Assembly: GCA_027251445.1 (NCBI GenBank)
Contig: JAPNQO010000095.1
Coordinates: 1-19,240, forward strand
DNA length: 19,240 bases
Reading direction: 5' to 3'
From: Fidelibacterota bacterium
GTDB lineage: Bacteria; Fidelibacterota; Marinisomatia; Marinisomatales; TCS55
In this document: one piece after another, positions 1-9,243 of the stretch
Layout of the letters: each line of letters opens with the position of its first letter
Numbering within the stretch: position 1 is the stretch's first letter
Program-made: the position numbers and the translations under genes
Notes under the pieces: model-generated
What the model was told of the DNA's origin: nothing
Database searches by the model: none
The model's input: only the letters and a program-made list of their open reading frames with translations

Positions 1-2
1 AT

Positions 3-2342
3 GAAAGAATAACGGAACTGCTTAGAGATGCTATTGAAGCTGCATATAATGCTGATAGTATTGATTTTTCTTTATATGATCATATAATAGTTTTTCATGC
101 TGGTATTGGCCAGGACTTTTCATTACCATTTTTAGATCCTACACCGGAAGATATTCCCTCAACGTTCATTGATATAGAAATGTTGAATACCTATCTTGGT
201 GGGCCAATACAAATATCAAATACGATAATTAATCAAGGTATAATTTTACCAGAAACTCAAAATCACTTATTTTTTGAAGAATCAGACAATATATTTTTGA
301 ATGCAGAAGAACCTTGTGATTATCAATATGGATTGACAGGAACTTTTGCACTAATGTTAGGCTTTGCAATAGGCTTACCGCCGCTTTGGGATACAGAATC
401 AGGTCAAAGTGGAATTGGAATTTTTGGACTAATGGATCAGGGATCAAATAATGGACGTGGTCTTATTCCATCTCCTCCTGATGCGTGGACAAGAAAATTT
501 GCAGGTTGGGAAAATTCAGTTAAAATTATTCCACCTGCATCAATTAATCTCCCTAGTCGGTCTAAAGATAATATCATAGAAGTTTCTATAAATAAAAATG
601 AATATTTTTTGATAGAAAATCGAACAAACTGGTATAGAGATAATATGTATATTGATTCCATTCGATATATTATTTACGAAAGATCTCAACGCTATCCACC
701 ATTTATTGAAATTTTGTTTGATTCTGTATCAATAGATAAAGATGAAAATGGAGTAGTGACAAATATTTATGATTACGATTTAGGGTTACCATCTAGTGGA
801 TTATTGATTTGGCATATAGATGAACAAACAATTAGAAATGGTGTAGATAATTATTCTATTAATAGTAATCGTTTACATCGAGGTGTTGATTTAGAGGAAT
901 CGGATGGAGCTCAAGATATAGGGTTTCCATCTATATTTTTGTTTTCCGATCCTTCTGCTGGATATTTTGGGGATATGTGGTTTAAAGGTAATCTTGAATA
1001 CGAACGATCTAACCCTGATATGAAAGGTTTATATCCAGAGTTTAGTCAGTATACATATCCATCTACCAACTCTAATTCAGGTTCTTCATCATTTATAAGT
1101 ATAGATAATATTGGCAATCAATCAGATACAATGAGTTTTAATATTTATAATTCAATATTAGCAGATGGATTTCCAGATTCTTCATTACATATCAGGATGG
1201 TTTTTGATTTAGATGATGATGGAATAATGGATATTATTGGTGGAGAGGATAGCATATGGATAAGCCAGGAAAATGATGCATCAAATAAAAGTTATTTTTA
1301 CTCAAGCTCTAATGAAGTATATAATATTTCTATTGGATCAAATAATAATACGAAGAGCCTAATTATTCTGGAAAGAGATAGTGTAGCATCATATGTCAAT
1401 TTTTTTCAAAAAACTCCAAATGATCCTTATTTAGAATATGTTTTTTCTGATACTATAAGCTTACTTGATGCAGTTTATATAAATGATTTTTCCTCAAACC
1501 ATTTATATAAAGATATTACAGATGATTTTTTCAATTCTGCATATGTACAAAATATTGATGGTTTTACCGATACAGTAGCACACATACCTTTATTATCATT
1601 ATCTGATTTAGATCTAGATGGTGACGCGGAATATTTATTTATCAATAATTATGATGAAAATGCATCGCAATCTCGTGTTGGCAGGCTAGAGGCAAAGTAT
1701 ATTGATAATAATATAATGGTTAGTGGCTTTCCTGTAGATTCTGTTTTAAATGATTATCCTCCATTAATTAAAGATCTTTATGGAGATGAACATCCAGAAA
1801 TTATCGTACAAAATCAAAATGGTGAAGTTCTTGTTATTAATTGGAAAGGTGAAATACAATACCGATTGACAGAATACGGATCTTTGATTTGCTTAGCTGA
1901 ATTTCAAGGTAAAAATGCAATTGTTACTGAATCAACGGTATGGTTATTTGGAGATGTTAGCAATAATACAGGGAATGAATGGATTACGAGAAATCATAAC
2001 TTTGGAAATACCCGAACTCTACAGCTACAAAACCCAAAAATACCTTATCAAACAATATTAATGGATAAAAGTAAAACTTATGTATATCCAAATCCTGCAT
2101 ATGATGATCAAGTTAAATTTCGAATAGCAATTGAATCAGCAGAGAAAGTAGATATCATGATTTATGATTTAGCTGGATATTATATTAAAAAGATTGATTT
2201 TGAAAATCCCATCAAAGGAGCTATTGAAGAAAAAGTTTGGAATGTTGAAGATGTAGAGCCAGGCGTGTATTTTGCTAATGTTACTGCCTGGAAAGATGAA
2301 AACTCAGAAACATTAATCCTTAAAGTGGCAGTAGTACATTGA
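3..2342 (+). CDS. M6 (immune inhibitor A)-like metallopeptidase-fold protein, probably catalytically inactive, with FG-GAP repeats and a T9SS type A C-terminal sorting domain; 5' truncated by the window edge
   Basis: The frame of the 180..2342 ORF is open back to position 3 (ERITELLRDAIEAAYNADSIDFSLYDHIIVFHAGIGQDF...), so ATG180 is internal. M6 hallmarks: IIVFHAG.G, GLP.LWD, Met-turn GLMDQGS, EYFLIENR, GLLIWHIDE, GVDLEESDG. FG-GAP-like DLDDDGIMDII, DLDLDGDAEYL, DLYGDEHPEII. C-terminal YVYPNPA...IMIYDLAG...PGVYF...LKVAVVH matches a Por/T9SS CTD. Confidence 0.85.
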   Translation, partial: ERITELLRDAIEAAYNADSIDFSLYDHIIVFHAGIGQDFSLPFLDPTPEDIPSTFIDIEMLNTYLGGPIQISNTIINQGIILPETQNHLFFEESDNIFLNAEEPCDYQYGLTGTFALMLGFAIGLPPLWDTESGQSGIGIFGLMDQGSNNGRGLIPSPPDAWTRKFAGWENSVKIIPPASINLPSRSKDNIIEVSINKNEYFLIENRTNWYRDNMYIDSIRYIIYERSQRYPPFIEILFDSVSIDKDENGVVTNIYDYDLGLPSSGLLIWHIDEQTIRNGVDNYSINSNRLHRGVDLEESDGAQDIGFPSIFLFSDPSAGYFGDMWFKGNLEYERSNPDMKGLYPEFSQYTYPSTNSNSGSSSFISIDNIGNQSDTMSFNIYNSILADGFPDSSLHIRMVFDLDDDGIMDIIGGEDSIWISQENDASNKSYFYSSSNEVYNISIGSNNNTKSLIILERDSVASYVNFFQKTPNDPYLEYVFSDTISLLDAVYINDFSSNHLYKDITDDFFNSAYVQNIDGFTDTVAHIPLLSLSDLDLDGDAEYLFINNYDENASQSRVGRLEAKYIDNNIMVSGFPVDSVLNDYPPLIKDLYGDEHPEIIVQNQNGEVLVINWKGEIQYRLTEYGSLICLAEFQGKNAIVTESTVWLFGDVSNNTGNEWITRNHNFGNTRTLQLQNPKIPYQTILMDKSKTYVYPNPAYDDQVKFRIAIESAEKVDIMIYDLAGYYIKKIDFENPIKGAIEEKVWNVEDVEPGVYFANVTAWKDENSETLILKVAVVH

Positions 2343-5302
2343 TTATTCTATTACATAGAATAATTATATTTATTTCTTTAGCACACTTCACCTATGCTCA
2401 GAATTATTATAATCACCCTGAAATTGAGTGGAGAACATTTGAAACTGAAAATTTTCAAATTCATTTTTATAATTCTACTGAAGGGACTGCAAGAGAAGGC
2501 GCCTATGTCGCAGAACAAATATATCCACTTATAACAAATATCTATGATTATAAACCAAATCAAAAGACTGATATAATCTTTTTAGATACAGATGATATCT
2601 CAAATGGAGCTGCATATTATTATGATAATAAAATAATGATATGGGCTTCTCCTATGGATTTTGAATTAAGAGGTAGTCATCGTTGGTTACAAAATGTTAT
2701 AACCCATGAATATGCTCATATTGTTTCTATGCAGAAGGCTATGAAGGCTGGTTTACGATTTCCTGGCGCTTATCTGCAATGGCTTGGATATGAAGATGAA
2801 AAACGGAAAGATGTATTGTATGGATATCCCAATCGACTTGCAAGCTATGCTATACCTGGGACAGTTGTGCCTCCTTGGTTAGCCGAAGGTACTGCGCAAT
2901 TTATGTATGACGGGGCTGATTGGGATAATTGGGATACCCATAGAGATATGATACTACGTGATAGAGCAATGAATGATAATTTATTATCTTTTACAGAAAT
3001 GAACACCTTTGGAAAAAGCGGTATTGGTAATGAGTCTACTTATAATTCTGGTTACAAATTGTGTCGCTTTATTGCATTATCTTATGGATCTGATAAACTA
3101 AAAGAAATATTAATGAATTTATCATCACCATTTCAGTTTTCAGTAAATAATGCAATTAAGAAATCTATAGGTATATCTGGCGATAAATTATATGAAGATT
3201 TTAAAGAAAGTTTAAATAATGGTTACAGTCTATTAACAAATAACATTATAAAATCTAGATCAAATGCTAATATTATTACGGATAAAGGAACTGCAAATCT
3301 TCACCCCGCTTGGTCTCCTGATGGTAAAAAAGTTTCATATATTTCTAATGCTGATAATGATTTCTTTGGACAAACAGATTTATTTATTTACGATGTAGAT
3401 AGTGGTGAAGGTAAGAATATTAAAAGAAATGTTATTTCTTCGCCATCATGGAATAACGATGGATCTGTAATCTATTATTCAAAACGAGCAAAATACCCAA
3501 ATAAATATGGCTCTAGATATTTTGATTTATATGAATATCATTTTGATGAAGAAAAAGAGAATAGGCTTACCATTGATGCTAGGGCATTTTCCCCGTGTTT
3601 TATTCCTACGGATAGTTCATTAGTATATCTGGCTACTTACGATGGAGGACAAAATATATTTCACATAAACCTTACTACGCGAAAAACTCAAAAGTTAACC
3701 AATTACACTGATCGCAGTATGATTAGCAATTTATCATTTGATGAAGATAATAATAGGTTACTATTTGATATTACTCGTAATCATTTTAGAGATATTGCTT
3801 ATTTATCTTTTGAAGATAGTGTTTTAGGCTATTTATTTGAGAATAAAGAGTGGGATGAGAGAGATGTAGATATATCGGCTGGAAAAATAATTTACTCCGA
3901 TGACAGATCTGGAATATTCAATTTATATATGATTGATGAAGAAACTATGAAAGGTGGATATGTGACAAATGTTATGGGAGGTGCATTTATGCCTGATATC
4001 AATCAATTTGGGCAGATTGCTTACAGTCATTATGAGAATGCATCCTACAATATAGCAATTATAGATACGGTAGAATATTTTGATCAATCTCTAGTTGGGT
4101 ATAATCCAGACTATTGGCAAAGGAATATTAATTTAAATCCACCTATGAATGATCAAATATGGGCTTCTGATAGTGCATATACGGATGATTTTACAAATAT
4201 GTTTATAAGCCCTAAGATTATGTTCGATTATAATACAGTGAAGCTAGGTTGGTACTTTTATTCAAATGAAATCATTGAACGCCTAAATCTTTTTGGAGGG
4301 GTTTCAGTAAACTCCTCTAAAGACTTGGATTTATTTTATATCTTTGAATTTAAAAGATTTTTCCCAACTGTGTTTGCAGAAGTATATTATCTAACAAGAA
4401 ACATTCAAGAGACAAATAAATATTCTGTTTATTCTCTAGATGATCGTCTTCGTTTTCGACTTACTCAGTTTGATATTGGATTACGATTCCCTTTATATGG
4501 TCTTGGAAAATTAGAGCTATTTTCTTCCTGGCAGCAATATAGAGCGTTCATAAAAGAAAAAGTGTTAGATATTTCAGGATTAGAAGCAGGATTAGCTTAC
4601 GATTATTACAAGGGGTTAATAAGTGGAATGAGGTTATCTGTAAATGGAGTGAAACGATTAGTAGATAGTAATATTAATCCATCAAGTGGCTTTAAATTAG
4701 AAGCAAGTCTTCTATATGAGAAAAATGATTTTATTGAAGGCTTAGACCTATCTGATGCTGGCACCTTATTGCCGAATTATTCAAATAATAATCTCTGGCG
4801 TGTAGATCAATCAAGTTCTTTATACTTAACCATACCTAATACAAATCGAATAACCATAAATATCGAATCAATGAGTGGTATAATTTCAAATACGGAAGCT
4901 GATTCTTTTTTCCATTACTTTGCGGGAGGATTAAACGGACTAAAAGGATATCCTTACTATAGTATTGAAGGTAATGCAATGGCTATATTATCTGGGACAT
5001 TACGAATGCCCCTTTTCAGGGAAAAACATATCCCATTAGGGTGGATGATTATTCAAAACAGTACTTTTGGTCTAATAGCTCAAATTGGAGACGCATGGGA
5101 TCAAAAAGAAGGAAATCCTATATGGAATCGTTCTGCAGGAATTCAATTTAGAATAAATGGGTTTTCATTCTATAATTTTCCTACTGCAATTGGATTAGAA
5201 TTTCATCGTGGTTTAGACACATTTGAGAGAAATATTGAAAATAATATGGTAACTTATGGAAACGATCAGCGCTTTTATCTAACACTTTTATTTGGATTTT
5301 GA
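2339..5302 (+). CDS. Outer-membrane protein: signal peptide, zincin (peptidase MA-like) domain, PD40/TolB-like beta-propeller, C-terminal Omp85/surface-antigen-like beta-barrel
   Basis: TTG start overlaps the upstream stop (TTGA). Signal peptide ends ...HFTYA-Q. VITHEYAH (HExxH at 2705-2719) and PPWLAEGTAQ third-ligand motif. Propeller repeats HPAWSPDGKKVSYIS and SPSWNNDGSVIYYS. C-terminal FAGGLNGLKGY resembles the Omp85 loop-6 GG...(V/L)RG(F/Y) motif, and the protein ends in a beta-signal-like RFYLTLLFGF. Confidence 0.8.
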   Translation: MIILLHRIIIFISLAHFTYAQNYYNHPEIEWRTFETENFQIHFYNSTEGTAREGAYVAEQIYPLITNIYDYKPNQKTDIIFLDTDDISNGAAYYYDNKIMIWASPMDFELRGSHRWLQNVITHEYAHIVSMQKAMKAGLRFPGAYLQWLGYEDEKRKDVLYGYPNRLASYAIPGTVVPPWLAEGTAQFMYDGADWDNWDTHRDMILRDRAMNDNLLSFTEMNTFGKSGIGNESTYNSGYKLCRFIALSYGSDKLKEILMNLSSPFQFSVNNAIKKSIGISGDKLYEDFKESLNNGYSLLTNNIIKSRSNANIITDKGTANLHPAWSPDGKKVSYISNADNDFFGQTDLFIYDVDSGEGKNIKRNVISSPSWNNDGSVIYYSKRAKYPNKYGSRYFDLYEYHFDEEKENRLTIDARAFSPCFIPTDSSLVYLATYDGGQNIFHINLTTRKTQKLTNYTDRSMISNLSFDEDNNRLLFDITRNHFRDIAYLSFEDSVLGYLFENKEWDERDVDISAGKIIYSDDRSGIFNLYMIDEETMKGGYVTNVMGGAFMPDINQFGQIAYSHYENASYNIAIIDTVEYFDQSLVGYNPDYWQRNINLNPPMNDQIWASDSAYTDDFTNMFISPKIMFDYNTVKLGWYFYSNEIIERLNLFGGVSVNSSKDLDLFYIFEFKRFFPTVFAEVYYLTRNIQETNKYSVYSLDDRLRFRLTQFDIGLRFPLYGLGKLELFSSWQQYRAFIKEKVLDISGLEAGLAYDYYKGLISGMRLSVNGVKRLVDSNINPSSGFKLEASLLYEKNDFIEGLDLSDAGTLLPNYSNNNLWRVDQSSSLYLTIPNTNRITINIESMSGIISNTEADSFFHYFAGGLNGLKGYPYYSIEGNAMAILSGTLRMPLFREKHIPLGWMIIQNSTFGLIAQIGDAWDQKEGNPIWNRSAGIQFRINGFSFYNFPTAIGLEFHRGLDTFERNIENNMVTYGNDQRFYLTLLFGF

Positions 5303-5306
5303 TACT

Positions 5307-6230
5307 ATGAGAATTATTCTATTAATATTAGCTGTGCAGGCTATAAGCGCAAATGATCTTTATAATTTGGATAATAGGTTCCATTCTAGTTATTATTATT
5401 TTTCACAAGATTCTATTGATAAAGATTTTTTAATTCAAGATACAACCGATGATAGCTTAATTATCTATCCAGCAAAGCCTATGTTATATTCATTAATTTT
5501 TCCTGGACTTGGGCAATGGTATAACAAATCACCTTTATGGAAAATAGGTTTATTTTCTGGAATTGAGGTTGTATCTATTTTAAGTGGAATGCAGTGGGTA
5601 AAAAAGGCTGATAAAATAAGAGTTGACTACGAATTATTTGCAGATGGCAACTGGGATTTAGAAACGTGGGTATATAATACTTTAAGTACGCCAATAGGTA
5701 ATTATGCTGATGTTCACATTGATGGTACACACAAGCTAACCTTAAAACTATCTGGGGCACTTGCAGAACAATTTGGAACTTATGTTACATCTGATTCATT
5801 AGAAGATAATGCGCATTGGGTGTATACAGGAGAAGTATCTGTTCTTAGGGATAGAGACTTTTACGAAAATATAGGGAAATATGATCAATTTGTAGGTGGC
5901 TGGACAGATTGTTATGGTCAAGGAAATAATCAGCAGTGGTTTGAAGTATATAAAGATGTAGGTGATAGTGTCGAAACAATTATTACTACTCCAAGTAAAG
6001 AAGACTATGTAGATCAAAGGGCACAATCAAACGACTATTTAAATATGGCTAAATTTGCTATTAGTGCTGTTATGTTTAATCATGTAATAAGCGCGATGGA
6101 TGCTGTTTGGTCAACTCAAAGTTCAAATAGGCCAAAAAAAGAAAAAAAAGTAAAAACGGATGTTGGATTATTATATGATAAATTTTCCAGGTTTGGTGTA
6201 GGAGGAGTATCGATATCTTTATACTGGTAA
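5307..6230 (+). CDS. Exported/membrane hypothetical protein, DUF5683-like
   Basis: ATG at 5307 gives a clean signal peptide (MRIILLILAVQAISA), better than TTG5292. It contains the SLIFPGLGQWYN motif, hydrophobic helices, NHVISAMDA and a C-terminal amphipathic strand ending in W (GGVSISLYW). Confidence 0.65.
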   Translation: MRIILLILAVQAISANDLYNLDNRFHSSYYYFSQDSIDKDFLIQDTTDDSLIIYPAKPMLYSLIFPGLGQWYNKSPLWKIGLFSGIEVVSILSGMQWVKKADKIRVDYELFADGNWDLETWVYNTLSTPIGNYADVHIDGTHKLTLKLSGALAEQFGTYVTSDSLEDNAHWVYTGEVSVLRDRDFYENIGKYDQFVGGWTDCYGQGNNQQWFEVYKDVGDSVETIITTPSKEDYVDQRAQSNDYLNMAKFAISAVMFNHVISAMDAVWSTQSSNRPKKEKKVKTDVGLLYDKFSRFGVGGVSISLYW

Positions 6231-6256
6231 AAAAATATCATTATTTTTACACAACT

Positions 6257-6982
6257 TTGCTTGTGGTTATATTTTCATTTAAATGTGCTTCTTTGAAACC
6301 TGGTGATGCAGGAGATATCGATTTGCAATATGAAAAAGCTATGAAACTACTTGATAAAAAGAAATATTTACGAGCACAGGAAGAGTTTAACAACCTGGTA
6401 ATTAGAGGTACACATACAGATCTAGGTGATGATTCACAATTCTATCTTGCTGAATCTTATTTTCTGAATAAAGAATATTTGTTAGCTATAGCTGAATATG
6501 ATCGCTTGATAAGAAGAATGGGTTTTAGCCCGTATGTTGAAAAAGCAAGATGGCGAGTGTGTGAGAGTTATGTAAAAGAATCTCCCAAGTATTATAAAGA
6601 TCAAAGTAATACATCTAAAGCCTTAAGTAAATTACAAGAGTTTATAGATGATTACCCAAACTCAGAATTCAAAGAAGAAGCAAATGGACAAATTTTAGAA
6701 CTCCGTAATAAACTAGCTCAAAAAGAATATGCTACAGGTATTTTATACATCAAAATGGAAGAATATCCTTCGGCAATTATTTCATTCGAATCTTTAATTA
6801 ATAATTACTATGATACAGATATTTTAGAAAAGGGTCATATTGGTATGATTAGATGCTATTCTCTAATGGATGAATACAAAAAAGCCGAGACTTACTACAA
6901 TGATCATTCATCAGAAATAATTAGTGATGATCTAAAACAAACAGCATTGAAATATATTAATAAATCAAATTCCTCAAATTAA
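6257..6982 (+). CDS. bamD: Outer membrane protein assembly factor BamD (TPR lipoprotein); true start probably slightly upstream
   Basis: Cys after a hydrophobic stretch (VVIFSFKC). TPR helices AQEEFNNLV, SQFYLAESYF, AIAEYDRLIR, DQSNTSKALSKLQEFIDDYPNSEF and LRNKLAQKEY are typical of BamD/YfiO. Confidence 0.88.
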   Translation: MLVVIFSFKCASLKPGDAGDIDLQYEKAMKLLDKKKYLRAQEEFNNLVIRGTHTDLGDDSQFYLAESYFLNKEYLLAIAEYDRLIRRMGFSPYVEKARWRVCESYVKESPKYYKDQSNTSKALSKLQEFIDDYPNSEFKEEANGQILELRNKLAQKEYATGILYIKMEEYPSAIISFESLINNYYDTDILEKGHIGMIRCYSLMDEYKKAETYYNDHSSEIISDDLKQTALKYINKSNSSN

Positions 6983-6985
6983 GTT

Positions 6986-7576
6986 TTGAATACTAAAGAA
7001 AAGATTTGTTTGTTTGGTGGAACATTTGACCCTCCTCATATTGGTCACCTATTAGTGGCTCAAACAATTTTTGAAGCAGAGAAATTTGATAAAATTGTTT
7101 TTATTCCTACGTTCAAAACACCAGATAAAGATAATGTTACAAATATAAAAGATAGATTAGCCATGTTAACAATGGCGGTTACTAGTAATCCCAATTTCGA
7201 GATATGTGATATAGAAATTAATCGAGGAGGTACCAGTTATACCGTAGATACAATTTTAGATTATAAAAAAGAGTTCAATTTAAGTTCTAATGAAATATTC
7301 TATTTAATCGGTAGTGATTCTTTGCAAAATTTTCATAATTGGAAGGAGCCCGAACAAATACTTGATAATTGTAGGGTAATAGTAGCCTTAAGACCAGGTT
7401 TTAAACCGAGTGATATATCTAACTGGATTTTACGCAAGGTTCGATTTGCAAGTATTCCTCGTTTTGAGATTTCTTCATCAACTATCAGATCTAGATGGAG
7501 AGATGATAAAACTATACGATACATGGTTACGCAACCAGTATGGGAATACATTAATGACCATGGCATGTATCAATGA
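6986..7576 (+). CDS. nadD: Nicotinate-nucleotide adenylyltransferase
   Basis: LFGGTFDPPHIGH (HxGH), GGTSYTVDT, LIGSDSL..FHNWK, EISSSTIR; TTG start. Confidence 0.95.
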   Translation: MNTKEKICLFGGTFDPPHIGHLLVAQTIFEAEKFDKIVFIPTFKTPDKDNVTNIKDRLAMLTMAVTSNPNFEICDIEINRGGTSYTVDTILDYKKEFNLSSNEIFYLIGSDSLQNFHNWKEPEQILDNCRVIVALRPGFKPSDISNWILRKVRFASIPRFEISSSTIRSRWRDDKTIRYMVTQPVWEYINDHGMYQ

Positions 7577-7601
7577 TACTTAAATAAATTATGCGAGTAA
7601 T

Positions 7602-8528
7602 GTGTTTATAGGTATTATTTTTTTAATTATTGGAAGCGCCATGTTATTTTATGGTGCAGAATTTATAGTAAAAGGAGGAAGCCGATTAGCAAGATACTTT
7701 GGCTTATCTCCCATCGTGATTGGATTGACTGTTGTAGCATTTGGAACTTCACTTCCAGAATTAGTAGTAAGTATTGTTGCAGCAATAGGGGGTTCATCTC
7801 CAATAGCCATTGGTAATGTAGTAGGGTCTAATATTGCTAATGTTGGACTAGTGCTAGGGATTAGTTCATTAATATTTCCTATAAAAATAAATTTATCACA
7901 AATTAAAAATGATTTAATCATTTATATTTTTGTTTGCCTAATGTTTAGTGCTTTTTGTATGAATGGTAGTATAAGTAGGCAAGAAGGCTTGATATTATTT
8001 CTTAGTGTTTTAATCTATACTTGGTATTCATTCTATTATTCATCGATTAAAAATAATGATGAAGATGTTAATGATAAGAATCCATCTAATTTACGGATGC
8101 TTTTTATATTGATTATTTCAGGCATTACACTACTCTCTTTTGGCGCAAACCTGTTTGTAAAAGGAGCAATAGATATAGCTCGATATTTCGGGATAAGTGA
8201 AATTGTGATTGGTATGACTATTGTTGCTTTAGGAACGTCTCTTCCTGAACTCGCTACCTCTGTAATTGCATCTTTTCGCAAAGAGCATGCGATTTCAATT
8301 GGTAATATTGTTGGGTCAAATTTATTTAATTTACTTTCTGTTATAGGAATTGTTTCTCTAGTAAGTCCAATAGAGTCTCCGAAAGAAATACTATTTTTTG
8401 AAATACCATATATGATTATTTATGGATTAATCTTATTTCCTATTGGAATGTTAAAACAGCCAATTCATCGATTAACTGCTGCGTTTCTTCTAATTGGTTA
8501 TCTATTATTTATTTATCAGTTATTTTAA
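7602..8528 (+). CDS. Calcium/sodium antiporter (CaCA family, YrbG-like)
   Basis: Two alpha repeats: IGLTVVAFGTSLPEL...AIGNVVGSNIAN and IGMTIVALGTSLPEL...SIGNIVGSNLFN. About 10 hydrophobic helices; GTG start. Confidence 0.93.
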   Translation: MFIGIIFLIIGSAMLFYGAEFIVKGGSRLARYFGLSPIVIGLTVVAFGTSLPELVVSIVAAIGGSSPIAIGNVVGSNIANVGLVLGISSLIFPIKINLSQIKNDLIIYIFVCLMFSAFCMNGSISRQEGLILFLSVLIYTWYSFYYSSIKNNDEDVNDKNPSNLRMLFILIISGITLLSFGANLFVKGAIDIARYFGISEIVIGMTIVALGTSLPELATSVIASFRKEHAISIGNIVGSNLFNLLSVIGIVSLVSPIESPKEILFFEIPYMIIYGLILFPIGMLKQPIHRLTAAFLLIGYLLFIYQLF

Positions 8529-8589
8529 TATTTGTATCATAAATTTTGTATTCTTATGAAACGTTTTATATAGAAGTTAGATTGTTACT

Positions 8590-9243
8590 ATGATTCAAAT
8601 GGAAAATGTAACCTATTCATACGAAAAAGGTTACGGTATTAAAAATGTTAATTTTACCATTGATGATTCAGAGTTTACATTTTTAATTGGACCTACAGGC
8701 TCTGGCAAAACAACTATAATGAAATTAATATATATGGCTTTGATTCCTCAAAGTGGAGTTGTGACTACAGGAAAGTTTCGATCAGATAAAATTAAAAAAA
8801 GGAAAATTCCTTTTTTGAGAAGAAAAATTGGTATGATTTTTCAAGATTATCATCTTCTTCGAGACAGAAGTTTATTTGAAAATATTGCTTTACCGCTATA
8901 TGTAATAGGAACTAGGCATAATGATATTCCTGAACGTGTGGAAGAAGTAATTGATCAAGTAGGTCTCACTGGAAAAGAAGACCATTCACCAGATGAACTA
9001 TCTGGAGGAGAGCAACAAAGAGCATGTATAGCAAGAGCTTTGGTAAAAGAACCTGAAATTATACTTGCTGATGAGCCTACAGGAAATCTTGACCCGATAA
9101 CTTCATTTGAATTATTAAAATTACTAGAATCTGTAAATCATGATGGCACGGCTGTACTAATGGCATCTCATAATTATAATCTCATTAAAGGTCGAGGTCA
9201 TAGAATAATGGAAGTTCAACAAGGAATTCTTCGTAACAACTGA
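8590..9243 (+). CDS. ftsE: Cell division ABC ATPase FtsE
   Basis: Walker A GPTGSGKTT, IPFLRRKIGMIFQD, signature LSGGEQQR, ILADEPTGNLDP; coupled to ftsX by a TGATG overlap. Confidence 0.93.
   Translation: MIQMENVTYSYEKGYGIKNVNFTIDDSEFTFLIGPTGSGKTTIMKLIYMALIPQSGVVTTGKFRSDKIKKRKIPFLRRKIGMIFQDYHLLRDRSLFENIALPLYVIGTRHNDIPERVEEVIDQVGLTGKEDHSPDELSGGEQQRACIARALVKEPEIILADEPTGNLDPITSFELLKLLESVNHDGTAVLMASHNYNLIKGRGHRIMEVQQGILRNN

Noticed and set aside
2378..2404. TTAGCACAC resembling a CIRCE left arm
   Set aside because: No GAGTGCTAA right arm 9 nt downstream (reads GCTCAGAAT), and it lies inside a signal-peptide coding region.
7602..8528. Internal sequence duplication in the antiporter
   Set aside because: This is the known alpha-1/alpha-2 repeat architecture of CaCA exchangers.
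8531..8551. Direct repeat TTTGTAT x2 upstream of ftsE
   Set aside because: Only 7 bp and AT-rich; not significant without comparative data.
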